Assembly (NCBI GenBank): GCA_963825525.1 | Contig: CAWGTN010000002.1 | Coordinates: 32,001 to 96,000 of the forward strand | Source: an uncultured Chloroflexia bacterium | Lineage (GTDB): Bacteria > Chloroflexota > Limnocylindria > QHBO01 | Direction of reading: 5' to 3' | Length of the DNA: 64,000 bases | Part shown: positions 44,901-56,410 of the stretch, in pieces | How the letters are laid out: each line of letters begins with the position of its first letter | Position numbering within the stretch: the first letter of the stretch is position 1 | The notes under the pieces: generated by a model | Databases searched by the model: none | The model's input: only the letters and a program-made list of their open reading frames with translations | What the model was told of the DNA's origin: nothing | Program-made: the position numbers and the translations under genes

Positions 44901-47900
44901 CCTTCATCAGCGCCGGACCGGGCAACGAGTCGTCCCAGGTGGTGACCTTCCAGATCACCGGCAACACCAATGCTTCGCTCTTCTCGGTGCTCCCAGCCGT
45001 CTCAACAGACGGAACGTTGAGCTACACCCCGGCTGCGGACGCATCGGGCAGCGCGACGATCACCCTGAACGCCAAGGATGACGGCGGCGTCGCCAATGGC
45101 GGCGTCGACGTGAGCCCATCGCAGACATTCACGATCACGGTGGACGCCGTCAACGACGCCCCCGTCGCGGTCGATGACGACTACGCCACCGACGAGGACA
45201 CCCTGCTGAGCGTTGACGCGCCAGGCGTGCTCGGGAACGACACCGACATCGATGGCGGACCGCTGACCGCGGTGCTGGTCGCCGGCCCGTCGAATGGCTT
45301 CCTGACGCTCAACGCCGACGGCAGCTTCGACTACACCCCGAACCTCAACTTCAACGGCACGGACAGCTTCACGTATCGCGCATTCGACGGATCGGCGAAC
45401 TCCAACGTCGCCACCGTCGATATCACGGTCAATGCCGTCAACGACGCCCCGGTCTGTGTCGCCGATTCGGGCTCGACCAACGAGGACGTGGCCCTGGTTG
45501 ACAGCGTCACCTGCACCGATGTCGACAGCGGCAGCCTCAGCTACGTGGTCATCGACGACGTCGCCAACGGCATGCTGTCCTTCGCCGCGAACGGCTCGTT
45601 CACCTACACGCCTGACGCGGACTTCAACGGCACCGATGGCTTCACCTTTAGCGCATCGGACGGCCTTCTGAGCTCCAACACCGTCGCTGTACACCATCAC
45701 CGTCAACCCGGTCAACGACGCCCCCGTGGCCGATGACGACGCCTATTCGACCGATGAGGACACGAGTCTCATCGTGGCCGCGCCTGGCGTACTCGGCAAC
45801 GACACCGACATCGAAAACGACGCGCTGACGCCCGTCCTGGTGACCGGCCCGGCGGATGGCAGCCTCACGCTCAACGCGACGGCAGCTTCACCTACACGCC
45901 CGACGCCGACTTCAACGGCACGGACAGCTTCACCTACATGGCCAACGACGGCGCGCTCGACTCGAACGTCGCGACCGTCACCATCACCGTCAACCCGGTC
46001 AACGACGCCCCCGTGGCCGATGACGACGCCTATTCGACCGATGAGGACACGAGTCTCATCGTGGCCGCGCCCGGCGTCCTCGGCAACGACACCGACACCG
46101 ACGGCGACGCGCTGACCGCCGTCCTGGTGACCGGCCCGGCCAATGGCAGCCTCACGCTCAACGCGAATGGCAGCTTCACCTACACGCCCGATGCCGACTT
46201 CAACGGCACGGACAGCTTCACCTACGTTGCGAATGACGGTGACCTCGACTCCAACGTGGCAACCGTCACGCTGACGATCGACCCGGTCAACGACGCGCCG
46301 ACATGCGACGATCCGCAGAGCGACAGTACCGATGAGGACACCACCCTCAACGGCGCCGTGCTCTGCGACGACATCGACGCCAACACGCTGACCTACAGCC
46401 TGGTCGCCGACGTCAGCAACGGGAGCCTGACCTTCAATCCCGACGGCACCTTCAGCTACAGCCCGGATGCCGACTTCAACGGCGCCGACAGTTTCACCTT
46501 CCACGCCAACGACGAGGGGCTCGACTCCAACACCGCCACCTTTAACATCACCGTCAACGCGGTCAACGACGCGCCGGAGTGCGTGAGCGACAGCGGAACG
46601 ACCGATGAGGACACGCAATTGTCCGGCTCGGTGGTGTGCTCGGACGTCGACGGCGACGCGCTTACCGTCTTGCTCGACGACGGCGTTGCCAACGGCAGCC
46701 TTAGCTTCTTCGCATCGGGCAGCTTCACCTACACGCCTGACCCGAACTTCAATGGCACAGACGACTTCACCTTCCATGCCTACGACGGCTTGCTCAACTC
46801 GGGCTTGGCCAGTTACAACATCACCGTCATCGCAGTCAACGACATCCCCGACGCGGTCGATGATGTCGACGATGCCGACGAGGATGGCCCGGCCATCACC
46901 ATCGACGTGCTGGCCAACGACAGCGACGCCGACCTGAGTGACGTGCTCAGCGTCGACAGCCTCAACACCACCGGCACGCTCGGCAGCGTCACCAACAACG
47001 GCACCGACGTGACCTACGATCCGAACGGCGCGTTCGAGTCGCTGGCCGTCGGCGAGACCGCCACCGACACCTTCAGCTACACCATCACCGACGGCCAGGG
47101 TGGCTTCGACACCGCCACCGTGACGGTCACCATCCACGGCCAGAACGACATCCCCGACGCGGTCGACGATGTCGACGATGCCGACGAGGATGGCCCGGCC
47201 ATCACCATCGACGTGCTGGCCAACGACAGCGACGCCGACCTGAGTGACGTGCTCAGCGTCGACAGCCTCAACACCGGCGGCACGCTCGGCAGCGTCACCA
47301 ACAACGGCACCGACGTGACCTACGACCCGAACGGCGCGTTCGAGTCCCTGGCCGTCGGCGAGACCGCCACCGACACCTTCAGCTACACCATCACCGACGG
47401 CCAGGGTGGCTTCGACACCGCCACCGTGACGGTCACCATCCACGGCCAGAACGACATCCCCGACGCGGTCGATGATGTCGACGATGCCGACGAGGATGGC
47501 CCGGCCATCACCATCGACGTGCTGGCCAACGACAGCGACGCCGACCTGAGTGACGTGCTCAGCGTCGACAGCCTCAACACCGGCGCCACGCTCGGCAGCG
47601 TCACCAACAACGGCACCGACGTGACCTACGACCCGAACGGCGCGTTCGAGTCGCTGGCCGTCGGCGAGACCGCCACCGACACCTTCAGCTACACCATCAC
47701 CGACGGCCAGGGTGGCTTCGACACCGCCACCGTGACGGTCACCATCCACGGCCAGAACGACATCCCCGACGCGGTCGATGATGTCGACGATGCCGACGAG
47801 GATGGCCCGGCCATCACCATCGACGTGCTGGCCAACGACAGCGACGCCGACCTGAGTGACGTGCTCAGCGTCGACAGCCTCAACACCCCGGCACGCTCGG

Positions 47901-50900
47901 CAGCGTCACCAACAACGGCACCGACGTGACCTACGACCCGAACGGCGCGTTCGAGTCCCTGGCCGTCGGCGAGACCGCCACCGACACCTTCAGCTACACC
48001 ATCACCGACGGCCAGGGTGGCTTCGACACCGCCACCGTGACGGTCACCATCCACGGCCAGAACGACATCCCCGACGCGGTCGATGATGTCGACGATGCCG
48101 ACGAGGATGGCCCGGCCATCACCATCGACGTGCTGGCCAACGACAGCGACGCCGACCTGAGTGACGTGCTCAGCGTCGACAGCCTCAACACCGCGCACGC
48201 TCGGCAGCGTCACCAACAACGGCACCGACGTGACCTACGACCCGAACGGCGCGTTCGAGTCGCTGGCCGTCGGCGAGACCGCCACCGACACCTTCAGCTA
48301 CACCATCACCGACGGCCAGGGTGGCTATCGACACCGCCACCGTGACGGTCACCATCCACGGCCAGAACGACATCCCCGACGCGGTCGATGATGTCGACGA
48401 CGCCGACGAGGATGGCCCGGCCATCACCATCGACGTGCTGGCCAACGACAGCGACGCCGACCTGAGTGACGTGCTCAGCGTCGACAGCCTCAACACCACC
48501 GCCACGCTCGGCAGCGTCACCAACAACGGCACCGACGTGACCTACGACCCGAACGGCGCGTTCGAGTCGCTGGCCGTCGGCGAGACCGCCACCGACACTT
48601 CAGCTACACCATCACCGACGGCCAGGGTGGCTTCGACACCGCCACCGTGACGGTCACCATCCACGGCCAGAACGACATCCCCGACGCGGTCGATGATGTC
48701 GACGATGCCGACGAGGATGGCCCGGCCATCACCATCGACGTGCTGGCCAACGACAGCGACGCCGACCTGAGTGACGTGCTCAGCGTCGACAGCCTCAACA
48801 CCAGCGCCACGCTCGGCAGCGTCACCAACAACGGCACCGACGTGACCTACGACCCGAACGGCGCGTTCGAGTCGCTGGCCGTCGGCGAGACCGCCACCGA
48901 CACGCTTCAGCTACACCATCACCGACGGCCAGGGTGCCTTCGACACCGCCACCGTGACGGTCACCATCCACGGCCAGAACGACATCCCCGACGCGGTCGA
49001 TGATGTCGACGATGCCGACGAGGATGGCCCGGCCATCACCATCGACGTGCTGGCCAACGACAGCGACGCCGACCTGAGTGACGTGCTCAGCGTCGACAGC
49101 CTCAACACCACCGCCACGCTCGGCAGCGTCACCAACAACGGCACCGACGTGACCTACGACCCGAACGGCGCGTTCGAGTCGCTGGCCGTCGGCGAGACCG
49201 CCACCGACACCTTCAGCTACACCATCACCGACGGCCAGGGTGGCTTCGACACCGCCACCGTGACGGTCACCATCCACGGCCAGAACGACATCCCCGACGC
49301 GGTCGATGATGTCGACGATGCCGACGAGGATGGCCCGGCCATCAACATCGACGTGCTGGCCAACGACAGCGACGCCGACCTGAGTGACGTGCTCAGCGTC
49401 GACAGCCTCAACACCACCGCCACGCTCGGCAGCGTCACCAACAACGGCACCGACGTGACCTACGACCCGAACGGCGCGTTCGAGTCCCTGGCCGTCGGCG
49501 AGACCGCCACCGACACCTTCAGCTACACCATCACCGACGGCCAGGGTGGCTTCGACACCGCCACCGTGACGGTCACCATCCACGGCCAGAACGACATCCC
49601 CGACGCGGTCGATGATGTCGACGATGCCGACGAGGATGGCCCGGCCATCACATCGACGTGCTGGCCAACGACAGCGACGCCGACCTGAGTGACGTGCTCA
49701 GCGTCGACAGCCTCAACACCACCGCCACGCTCGGCAGCGTCACCAACAACGGCACCGACGTGACCTACGACCCGAACGGCGCGTTCGAGTCCCTGGCCGT
49801 CGGCGAGACCGCCACCGACACGCTTCAGCTACACCATCACCGACGGCCAGGGTGGCTTCGACACCGCCACCGTGACGGTCACCATCCACGGCCAGAACGA
49901 CATCCCCGACGCGGTCGATGATGTCGACGATGCCGACGAGGATGGCCCGGCCATCACCATCGACGTGCTGGCCAACGACAGCGACGCCGACCTGAGTGAC
50001 GTGCTCAGCGTCGACAGCCTCAACACCACCGGCACGCTCGGCAGCGTCACCAACAACGGCACCGACGTGACCTACGACCCGAACGGCGCGTTCGAGTCGC
50101 TGGCCGTCGGCGAGACCGCCACCGACACCTTCAGCTACACCATCACCGACGGCCAGGGCGGCTATGACACCGCCACCGTGACGGTCACCATCCACGGTCA
50201 GAACGATGCGCCGACTGTTCAGGCTGGAGAAGATCTTGCCGGTGGCAGGGCTCCGCTGTCAGCCTGGCCTCCGCCACCTTTGCGGACGTCGACGTCAGTG
50301 ACACGCACACCGCCACAATCGACTGGGGCGACGTGACGCCGGTCGAGGTCGGAATCGTCAACCAATCGGCTGACACCGTTGCCGGCTCGCACGTCTATGC
50401 CGACAACGGTGTCTACACTGTGACCGTCTGCGTGACTGATGACAGTGGTGCAGAGACCTGCGACTCGCTCATCGCGACCATCAACAACGTGGCGCCGGTG
50501 GCGCCAAGCACGCCAAGCCTGGTCTCGCCGGCAAACGGCGCGATCACGAACGACAACACGCCGACCTTCGATTGGACCGATTCCACCGATCCGGCCGGCG
50601 CCAACGACACGATCACGTACTCGCTCCAGGTCGACAACAACGGATGCACCTTCCCGAGCCCGGAGATCAACGAGAGCGGGCTGAGCGCATCCACATACAC
50701 GCCGGGCATCGGCATTCCGGACAGCAATGCCTACTGCTGGCGCGTGTGGGCCTCCGACGAGGACGGCGGCATCGGCGCCTACAGTGCCACCCGCACCCTC
50801 ACCGTCGACGCAACGGCACCGACCGTCACGATCACGTTCCCCGTGAACGGCGGCACGTACAGCGAGACGACCTGGATCAACGGCTGCATGCCGCTGACCG

Positions 50901-51568
50901 GTGAGTTCTGCGGCTCGGCAAGCGATCCGACTTCTGGCATCAACGTGACCGAGGTCAGCATCAAGCAGGTCTCGACCGGCATGTACTGGAACGGCACGGC
51001 CTTCGCCAGCACGACCGAGGTCCTGTTCCCGGTCGGGAACGGCGGCACGTGGCTCAAGATGTTCGCCTACAGCAGCTTCCCGAGCACCGGCCAGTACACG
51101 ATCCGCGCGAAGACGACCGACAACGCCACGAACACGTCGACGACGTCGGTGACCTTCCAGCTGAATCGGTACACGCTGGACTACCAGTCGCCGATCGACG
51201 ATTCGACGCCGACCGCGATCGTGCTCAACACGGGTAAGAACGGCAGGGTCATCCCGGTCAAGATCCGGGTGTACCTGGAGGGCGTGAACCAGAGCAGCAC
51301 GCAGATCGCACAGGGCCGTCTCGAGATCAACGTCAACCCGACCAACTGCTCGACGGCGGCGGTCATGGACGGAGTTGAGCTCTACTCCGATGCCGGCGCA
51401 TCGAATGGCAACACCAACGATTTCCGCCCGACCGGTGACCACTGGATCTACAACCTCGATACGAAGGCGCTGGGCCTCGTGACGAACCAGTGCTATCGGC
51501 TGGATGTCTATCTCGATGGCGTCCGCATCTCGACCCAGCAGTTCGCGATCTTCAAGCCGACGAAGTAG
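41916..51568 (+). CDS. Giant (~3200 aa) secreted protein: signal peptide, Pro/Thr linker, S8 subtilase, >20 cadherin-like/Ig repeats, PKD/FN3-like domains and a PxKF-type C-terminal domain; many frameshifts
   Basis: VAILDTG, NGHGT and SGTSAAA triad; repeated [20 protein letters not shown] and FSYTITDG motifs run continuously across frame jumps; C-terminal GRVIPVKI...WIYNLDTK. Confidence 0.85.
46838..50201 (+). repeat. 11 tandem near-identical 306-bp (102-aa) cadherin-like repeats
   Basis: Unit AACGACATCCCCGACGCGGTCGA... recurs at 46838, 47144, 47450, 47756, 48061, 48366, 48671, 48978, 49284, 49590 and ~49895. Confidence 0.95.
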
Positions 51569-51585
51569 GACACCTCCTTCGAATG

Positions 51586-51620
51586 CGAGCGGGCCGGTCC
51601 CCAGGGGGCCGGCTCGTTCG
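51586..51620 (+). terminator. GC-rich hairpin after the giant gene
   Basis: CGAGCGGGCCGGTCCC..GGGGGCCGGCTCGTTCG. Confidence 0.55.
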
Positions 51621-51646
51621 ACGTCCGGGCGCGTAGCATCGGCGGC

Positions 51647-52753
51647 ATGAAGATGCGCGGTGCCGTGTTCCTGGGACCCGACCAACCGATCCGGATCGAG
51701 GAGCTTGAGCTCGATCCCCCCGGACCGGGGGAGGTGCTCGTTCGCATGGCCGCGGCCGGCGTCTGTCACTCGGACCTGCACGTCGTGGATGGGGAGTGGG
51801 ACCGTCCGACCGGCGTCGTGCTCGGTCACGAGGGCGCCGCTGTGGTCGAGCAGCTGGGACCAGGCGTGGGAAGCCTTGAGCTCGGCGACCTTGTCGTCCT
51901 GGCCTGGACCGCGCCCTGCGGCACCTGCCCAGCCTGCGCGCGCTCCGAACCGTGGCTGTGCAGCCGGCCCGATGGCAGCGGCCACCGCCTCGGCAAGGAC
52001 CTGGCGCGACTCCATCGCGCTGATGGAACGGCAGTCGGCGCATATTCGGGGATCGGCACCTTCGGGACGCACCAGGTCGTGGCTGCGTCGGCGGCAATCA
52101 AGATCGACCCCGCAACGCCGCCGGAGGTTGCTGCGCTCATCGGCTGCGCGGTGACCACCGGGATCGGCGCGGTGCAGGAGACTGCGGGCGTGATGGCGGG
52201 GGAGTCGGTGGTTGTCATCGGCCTCGGAGGCGTGGGGCTCTCGGCGGTCATCGGCGCGGCCGATGCCGGCGCGCGCGAGATCACCGCCATCGATACCAAC
52301 CCGGAGAAGCTCGAGCTCGCTCGCCGCGTGGGCGCCACGCGAACGTTGAGATCCGATGAGGCCGGCCAGGCGACCGGCGCCGATCACGTCCTCGAGTGCA
52401 TCGGCCTCGTGGAGACCGTCGAGTTGGCGGTCGAGCTTGTTCGTCCTGGCGGGATCGTCACGCTGGTTGGGATGCCGCCGCAGGGCGCCCGGGCGAGCTT
52501 CGACGTGTATCGGCTGGTCGAGGACAGCAAGCAGATTCGCGGCTCGAACTACGGGTCGGCAGTGCCTGCCCGCGATTTTCCGAGCATCGCCGAGCGCTAC
52601 CGAGCCGGCCGGCTGCCGCTCGACGCGTTGATCACGGCGCGCATCGGTCTCGAGGACCTCGATGCGGCCTTCGAGGCCATGCGCCGCGGCGACGGTGCCC
52701 GCAGGGTGGTCGTCTACCCGACGGGCACGCCACATGCGGTACGTGAGCCATGA
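51647..52753 (+). CDS. Zn-dependent alcohol dehydrogenase (MDR family)
   Basis: GVCHSD, LGHEG, CxxCxxC..C structural Zn site, GLGGVG. Confidence 0.92.
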   Translation: MKMRGAVFLGPDQPIRIEELELDPPGPGEVLVRMAAAGVCHSDLHVVDGEWDRPTGVVLGHEGAAVVEQLGPGVGSLELGDLVVLAWTAPCGTCPACARSEPWLCSRPDGSGHRLGKDLARLHRADGTAVGAYSGIGTFGTHQVVAASAAIKIDPATPPEVAALIGCAVTTGIGAVQETAGVMAGESVVVIGLGGVGLSAVIGAADAGAREITAIDTNPEKLELARRVGATRTLRSDEAGQATGADHVLECIGLVETVELAVELVRPGGIVTLVGMPPQGARASFDVYRLVEDSKQIRGSNYGSAVPARDFPSIAERYRAGRLPLDALITARIGLEDLDAAFEAMRRGDGARRVVVYPTGTPHAVREP

Positions 52754-52959
52754 GTGACGCGCGACAGAGCCCCATCCCACAGGATCGGGTCAACGAGAAC
52801 ATCGACCAGGCGCAGCGCGCCAAGGACGGCAAGCAGGAGCTCGCCGAGCAGGAGCGCTACCTGAAGGATCAAGGCGTCGACGAGCGCCCGGGCACGAACC
52901 CGAAGGAGCAGCCCGGCCTGCCGGACGAGCCGAATAGTCCGGCCGAGGGTGGCGACTGA
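52750..52959 (+). CDS. Small hydrophilic hypothetical protein
   Basis: ATGA overlap with adh; coding-like codon usage. Confidence 0.6.
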   Translation: MSDARQSPIPQDRVNENIDQAQRAKDGKQELAEQERYLKDQGVDERPGTNPKEQPGLPDEPNSPAEGGD

Positions 52960-52976
52960 GCCTTCCCGGACGCCAA

Positions 52977-53006
52977 ACGAGCCCGGAGACGTCGCTCCGA
53001 GCTCGT
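52977..53006 (-). terminator. Hairpin between convergent genes
   Basis: Minus strand ACGAGCTCGGAG-N6-CTCCGGGCTCGT-TT. Confidence 0.55.
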
Positions 53007-53042
53007 GGCACGCGCCAATAGGCTGCCGGTGACGGTCAGCGA

Positions 53043-53843
53043 TCAGTCGTCGTCGGAGCCTTCGTCCTCGTCCTCGTCTTCGTCGTCTCCACCGCTGTGG
53101 CCCTTGCTCTCGCGCGCCTCGGCACGCTCCGCCTTGCGAGCCTCCTTTTCGGCCTTGCGGGCTTCTTTCTCTGCCGCCCTGGCCTCGGCGGCAGCAGCCT
53201 TGTCATCCCGCTTGGCGTCGGTGGCTTCGCCGTCATCGGCGTCCTCCTCCGAGTCATCAGCGCCCTCGTGGCAGGTGATCCGCGCCGCTTCGCTCACGGC
53301 ACCGCCGTGGTTGTCGTTCTTTCCGCCGACCGCATCCTTGTCATGGGCAACTTCCCGGACGCACGCGCCGTGTGAGCCGTCGCCGCTGGCCCCGGCATCC
53401 TCGTCATCGGGAGCATCCTCGGCCTCTTCGGCGTCCTCGTCCTCATCCTGGTCGTCGGCGTCGCACTGCTCGGAGTCGAGGACGGCGCCGAACGACTCCG
53501 TTGACGTCTCGGGATCAACCTCATCGACGTCACAGTCCTCGAGGTCACACTCCTCGGCAGCGTCGAGGTCATCGGCTTCCGCTTCGGCGGACTCGGTCGC
53601 ATCGGCCCCCGAATCCGAATCCTCGTCGTCTGCGTCACAGGCATCGGACTCGACTGCTTCCTCGTCGGCGTCCTGACCGGCGTCGAAGATCAGGCCGTGG
53701 ACAAACCCGGCGATTGTCTGGCCCCGCGTGCCATCGGAGGCGCCTGATGGCGCCGCACCAAAGGCAGCCGACACCGACAGCGTGACAAGAATGGCGCCAC
53801 CGACGATCGCCAGCCAGGTGTTGCGGAAGCGTTCCATGATCAA
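53043..53843 (-). CDS. Secreted, extremely acidic low-complexity protein
   Basis: AGGAG RBS, signal peptide, D/E-rich tracts, two HGxxV motifs, KEARKAE repeats. Confidence 0.75.
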   Translation of the reverse strand: MIMERFRNTWLAIVGGAILVTLSVSAAFGAAPSGASDGTRGQTIAGFVHGLIFDAGQDADEEAVESDACDADDEDSDSGADATESAEAEADDLDAAEECDLEDCDVDEVDPETSTESFGAVLDSEQCDADDQDEDEDAEEAEDAPDDEDAGASGDGSHGACVREVAHDKDAVGGKNDNHGGAVSEAARITCHEGADDSEEDADDGEATDAKRDDKAAAAEARAAEKEARKAEKEARKAERAEARESKGHSGGDDEDEDEDEGSDDD

Positions 53844-54002
53844 TGACTCTCCTGTGCGGCGACGCGCGGGGCAGAGCGAGCGCCGCTGAGTGCCGGGTGC
53901 GTGGGCGCGCCCGAGCGATGTCCGAGAGAGTGTGCCACCCCTGCCCTGGCACGGGGCCCGTACATGCGTCCCTGGCCGTCCGGAAATGGTCCGTCCGTAC
54001 GC

Positions 54003-54464
54003 TCAGGCGGGCGGTCGACGCTGTGGGCGGTGCTTGCGAAGCAGGATGTCGATGGCGTCCCGATAGCGAGCGCCCGATGCGTGCCGACGCAGCCAGTCGA
54101 GGTAGTCAGGATCCCGACGGGCGATCTCGCCCAATGTCCAGCCCTGGTAGCGCCCGAAGTCCAGCCGGACGGCGTCACCATCCGCCCCCAGCGGCCCTCG
54201 CGGTGCGCCATGGGTGGCGTCCTCGGCCGGCGTGGGTGGGGGAGTGCGTCGTCGATCGGATTCCCAGGCCTGTCGCCTGACGGGATCCCGGACCACGGCA
54301 TACGCCCAGTTGAGGTCGACCATGCGGCGTTCGGCGTGCTCGTCCAGGGGTGCCCCGGCGTCGGGATGCGCCTTGCGCGCAAGCACTCGGTAGGCGGCCT
54401 GCATGACGTCCGGATCGGCGTCAGGCTGCACCTGGAGGATGCGGTATGGGTCGCGCCGCTCCAT
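54003..54464 (-). CDS. J-domain protein with a C-terminal FGRY (QSregVF_b/DUF3820-like) module
   Basis: DPYRILQV...AYRVLARKAHPD; LDFGRYQGWTLGEIARRDPDYLDWL. Confidence 0.85.
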   Translation of the reverse strand: MERRDPYRILQVQPDADPDVMQAAYRVLARKAHPDAGAPLDEHAERRMVDLNWAYAVVRDPVRRQAWESDRRRTPPPTPAEDATHGAPRGPLGADGDAVRLDFGRYQGWTLGEIARRDPDYLDWLRRHASGARYRDAIDILLRKHRPQRRPPA

Positions 54465-54476
54465 GGCCCTGCCCGC

Positions 54477-56138
54477 TCAGCGCAGGGCGCGTTCCACCAC
54501 CTGGCGCAGGACCGGGAGCGCGAGGGCCCCTTCCCCCAGCACCACGTCGTGGAAGCGACGGATGTCGAATCGCTCGCCCTGGCGTTCCTGAGCTTCAGCG
54601 CGAAGGCGCAGGATCTCGAGCTGCCCGAGCTTGTAGGCGAGCGCCTGCCCCGGATAGGCGATGTAGCGGTCGACCTCGTTCGTGACGTTGTTGAGCCCCA
54701 GCGCCGTGTGTGCGGCCATGAAGTCGATCGCCTGCTGACGCGTCCAGCCCAATGCATGGATACCCGTGTCGACCACCAGGCGCGATGCCCGCCACGCGTC
54801 GAACGACAGCACCCCGAACTGGTCCATCTCGCCTGACAGCAGCCCCATCTCCGCCGATAGCCGCTCGGTGTACAGCCCCCAGCCCTCGATGTACGCGGTG
54901 CTGCCGACGAACCGTCGGAACGCCGGCAGGTGGTCGAGCTCCTGCGCGATGGCGATCTGCAGGTGATGGCCGGGCACCGATTCATGGAATGCCAGGGTTT
55001 CCGCCTCGTAGCGCGGCCGCGTCTCGGGTGCGTAGGTGTTGACGTAGTACTGGCCCGGCCGTGAGCCATCCGCCGCCGGATCCCGGTAGTAGGCGATGGT
55101 CGAGTGCTTCTCCTCGTGGGATGGCATGACCACGACCTCGCACGAAGCCTTCGGAAGCCTCCCGAACCACCTGCCGATGGCCTCGTTGGCGCGTGCCAGC
55201 GACGCCCCGGCGGTCTCGGCAATCTCATCGCGCGATGCGAAGTGGAGCGCCGGGTCCTCCCGCAACGCGCCGAGGGTCTCGGCGAGGCCGTGGGTACCGA
55301 GGAGCCGAGCCCCGAGCGCCACGAACTCATCGTCGATCCGCTGGATTTCCTCCAGCCCGATGGCATGCACCTGCGCCGGATCCACGTCGAGCGACGTGTG
55401 CGCACGCGTCAGGAGCCGATACGCCTCATCGCCGCCCGGAACGTGCGAGAGCCCGGGTCGATCGTCGGGCCGTGCCCGCGGCGCGATCTCGTCGGCGACC
55501 ATGTGTCGGTACCGGTCGAAGGCGGGCCGGATCTGCTCGTCGATGACGGCGTGCAGTTCCTCGCGGATCGACGGCCACTCCGTGGCCGGGCTGGCGAGGG
55601 GCCAGTCCTCGGTGGCGCGATCCTGCACCTCGTCGAGTTGCTCGAGCACCCGGGCGCACAGGATCGCCACGCCGATGCGCCCTTCGGCCAGGCCGCGACG
55701 AAGGTCGTCGATGGCCCGGTCGATGTACTCGGGCATCGCGCGCCAACGTTGGAGCAGCGCCGCAGCCTCCGCATCCGATCGCACGGGGTGGAACGAGGGG
55801 ATGTTGAGAAGGTCGACCTGCGGCCCGTCCATCGGGTCGATGTTGAACGAGCGCAGGTCGGCGTCCAGGAAGGCGCGGTCGGTGAGGATGGCCTCGCGCA
55901 ATGCCGAGTTGGTGACGTCGTCGCCATCACGCTCGCTCGACACCCCTTCGAGCCTCTGCTCGAACGCATCGAGCTGTCGGCTCCACGCTTCGTTCGCGGT
56001 CGGCGAGAAGTCATCCAATTGGGCGTCATGCGAACGGTCGCCGAGCGCCGTCGCCTGCACCGGATGGCGTGCAAGCCAGGCAGCCCAGTAGTCGTCAGCG
56101 AGCTGGTCGAGGGTCGAGCCCGGAGCAGTGGCCGTCAT
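54477..56138 (-). CDS. DUF885 family putative metallopeptidase
   Basis: HESVPGHHLQ, EGWGLYTE, RLVVDTGIH, YPGQALAYKLG. Confidence 0.92.
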   Translation of the reverse strand: MTATAPGSTLDQLADDYWAAWLARHPVQATALGDRSHDAQLDDFSPTANEAWSRQLDAFEQRLEGVSSERDGDDVTNSALREAILTDRAFLDADLRSFNIDPMDGPQVDLLNIPSFHPVRSDAEAAALLQRWRAMPEYIDRAIDDLRRGLAEGRIGVAILCARVLEQLDEVQDRATEDWPLASPATEWPSIREELHAVIDEQIRPAFDRYRHMVADEIAPRARPDDRPGLSHVPGGDEAYRLLTRAHTSLDVDPAQVHAIGLEEIQRIDDEFVALGARLLGTHGLAETLGALREDPALHFASRDEIAETAGASLARANEAIGRWFGRLPKASCEVVVMPSHEEKHSTIAYYRDPAADGSRPGQYYVNTYAPETRPRYEAETLAFHESVPGHHLQIAIAQELDHLPAFRRFVGSTAYIEGWGLYTERLSAEMGLLSGEMDQFGVLSFDAWRASRLVVDTGIHALGWTRQQAIDFMAAHTALGLNNVTNEVDRYIAYPGQALAYKLGQLEILRLRAEAQERQGERFDIRRFHDVVLGEGALALPVLRQVVERALR

Positions 56139-56215
56139 CCACGCATCGTAGCGCCCGTCAGCGCGGCATCTGGGTCGAGTGCGGCACGGGCCCCTCCCCG
56201 TCGTCCTTGTCGGTC

Positions 56216-56347
56216 TCAGGGAGCCTCGCCATCCGGGTTCAACGCGTCGCCCGCCTCGCCCAACGTGGCGTCGTCATCGGCGATCGGGTTCTTGAGCTCG
56301 ATGTCGTCCATCTGCTCGATGCTGTCCTTCGTGCGGTCCTCGTCCAT
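56216..56347 (-). CDS. Small acidic protein (43 aa; may extend to 56158 if one base is spurious)
   Basis: GAGGAGG RBS; MDEDRTKDSIEQMDDIELKNPIADDDATLGEAGDALNPDGEAP. Confidence 0.6.
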   Translation of the reverse strand: MDEDRTKDSIEQMDDIELKNPIADDDATLGEAGDALNPDGEAP

Positions 56348-56410
56348 GGGATGTACCTCCTCGCGAATTCCCCATGCAAGTGGCGCGCCGAGGGCGCTAC
56401 CCTCGCACCG

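Noticed and set aside
46838-50201. CRISPR array or DGR template/variable repeats
   Set aside because: The units are 306-bp in-frame coding repeats without unique spacers. Variation is not adenine-specific, and there are no cas or reverse transcriptase genes.
56216-56218. Selenocysteine or read-through TGA in the small acidic ORF
   Set aside because: There is no redox motif or evident SECIS, and the plausible extension is in a different frame.
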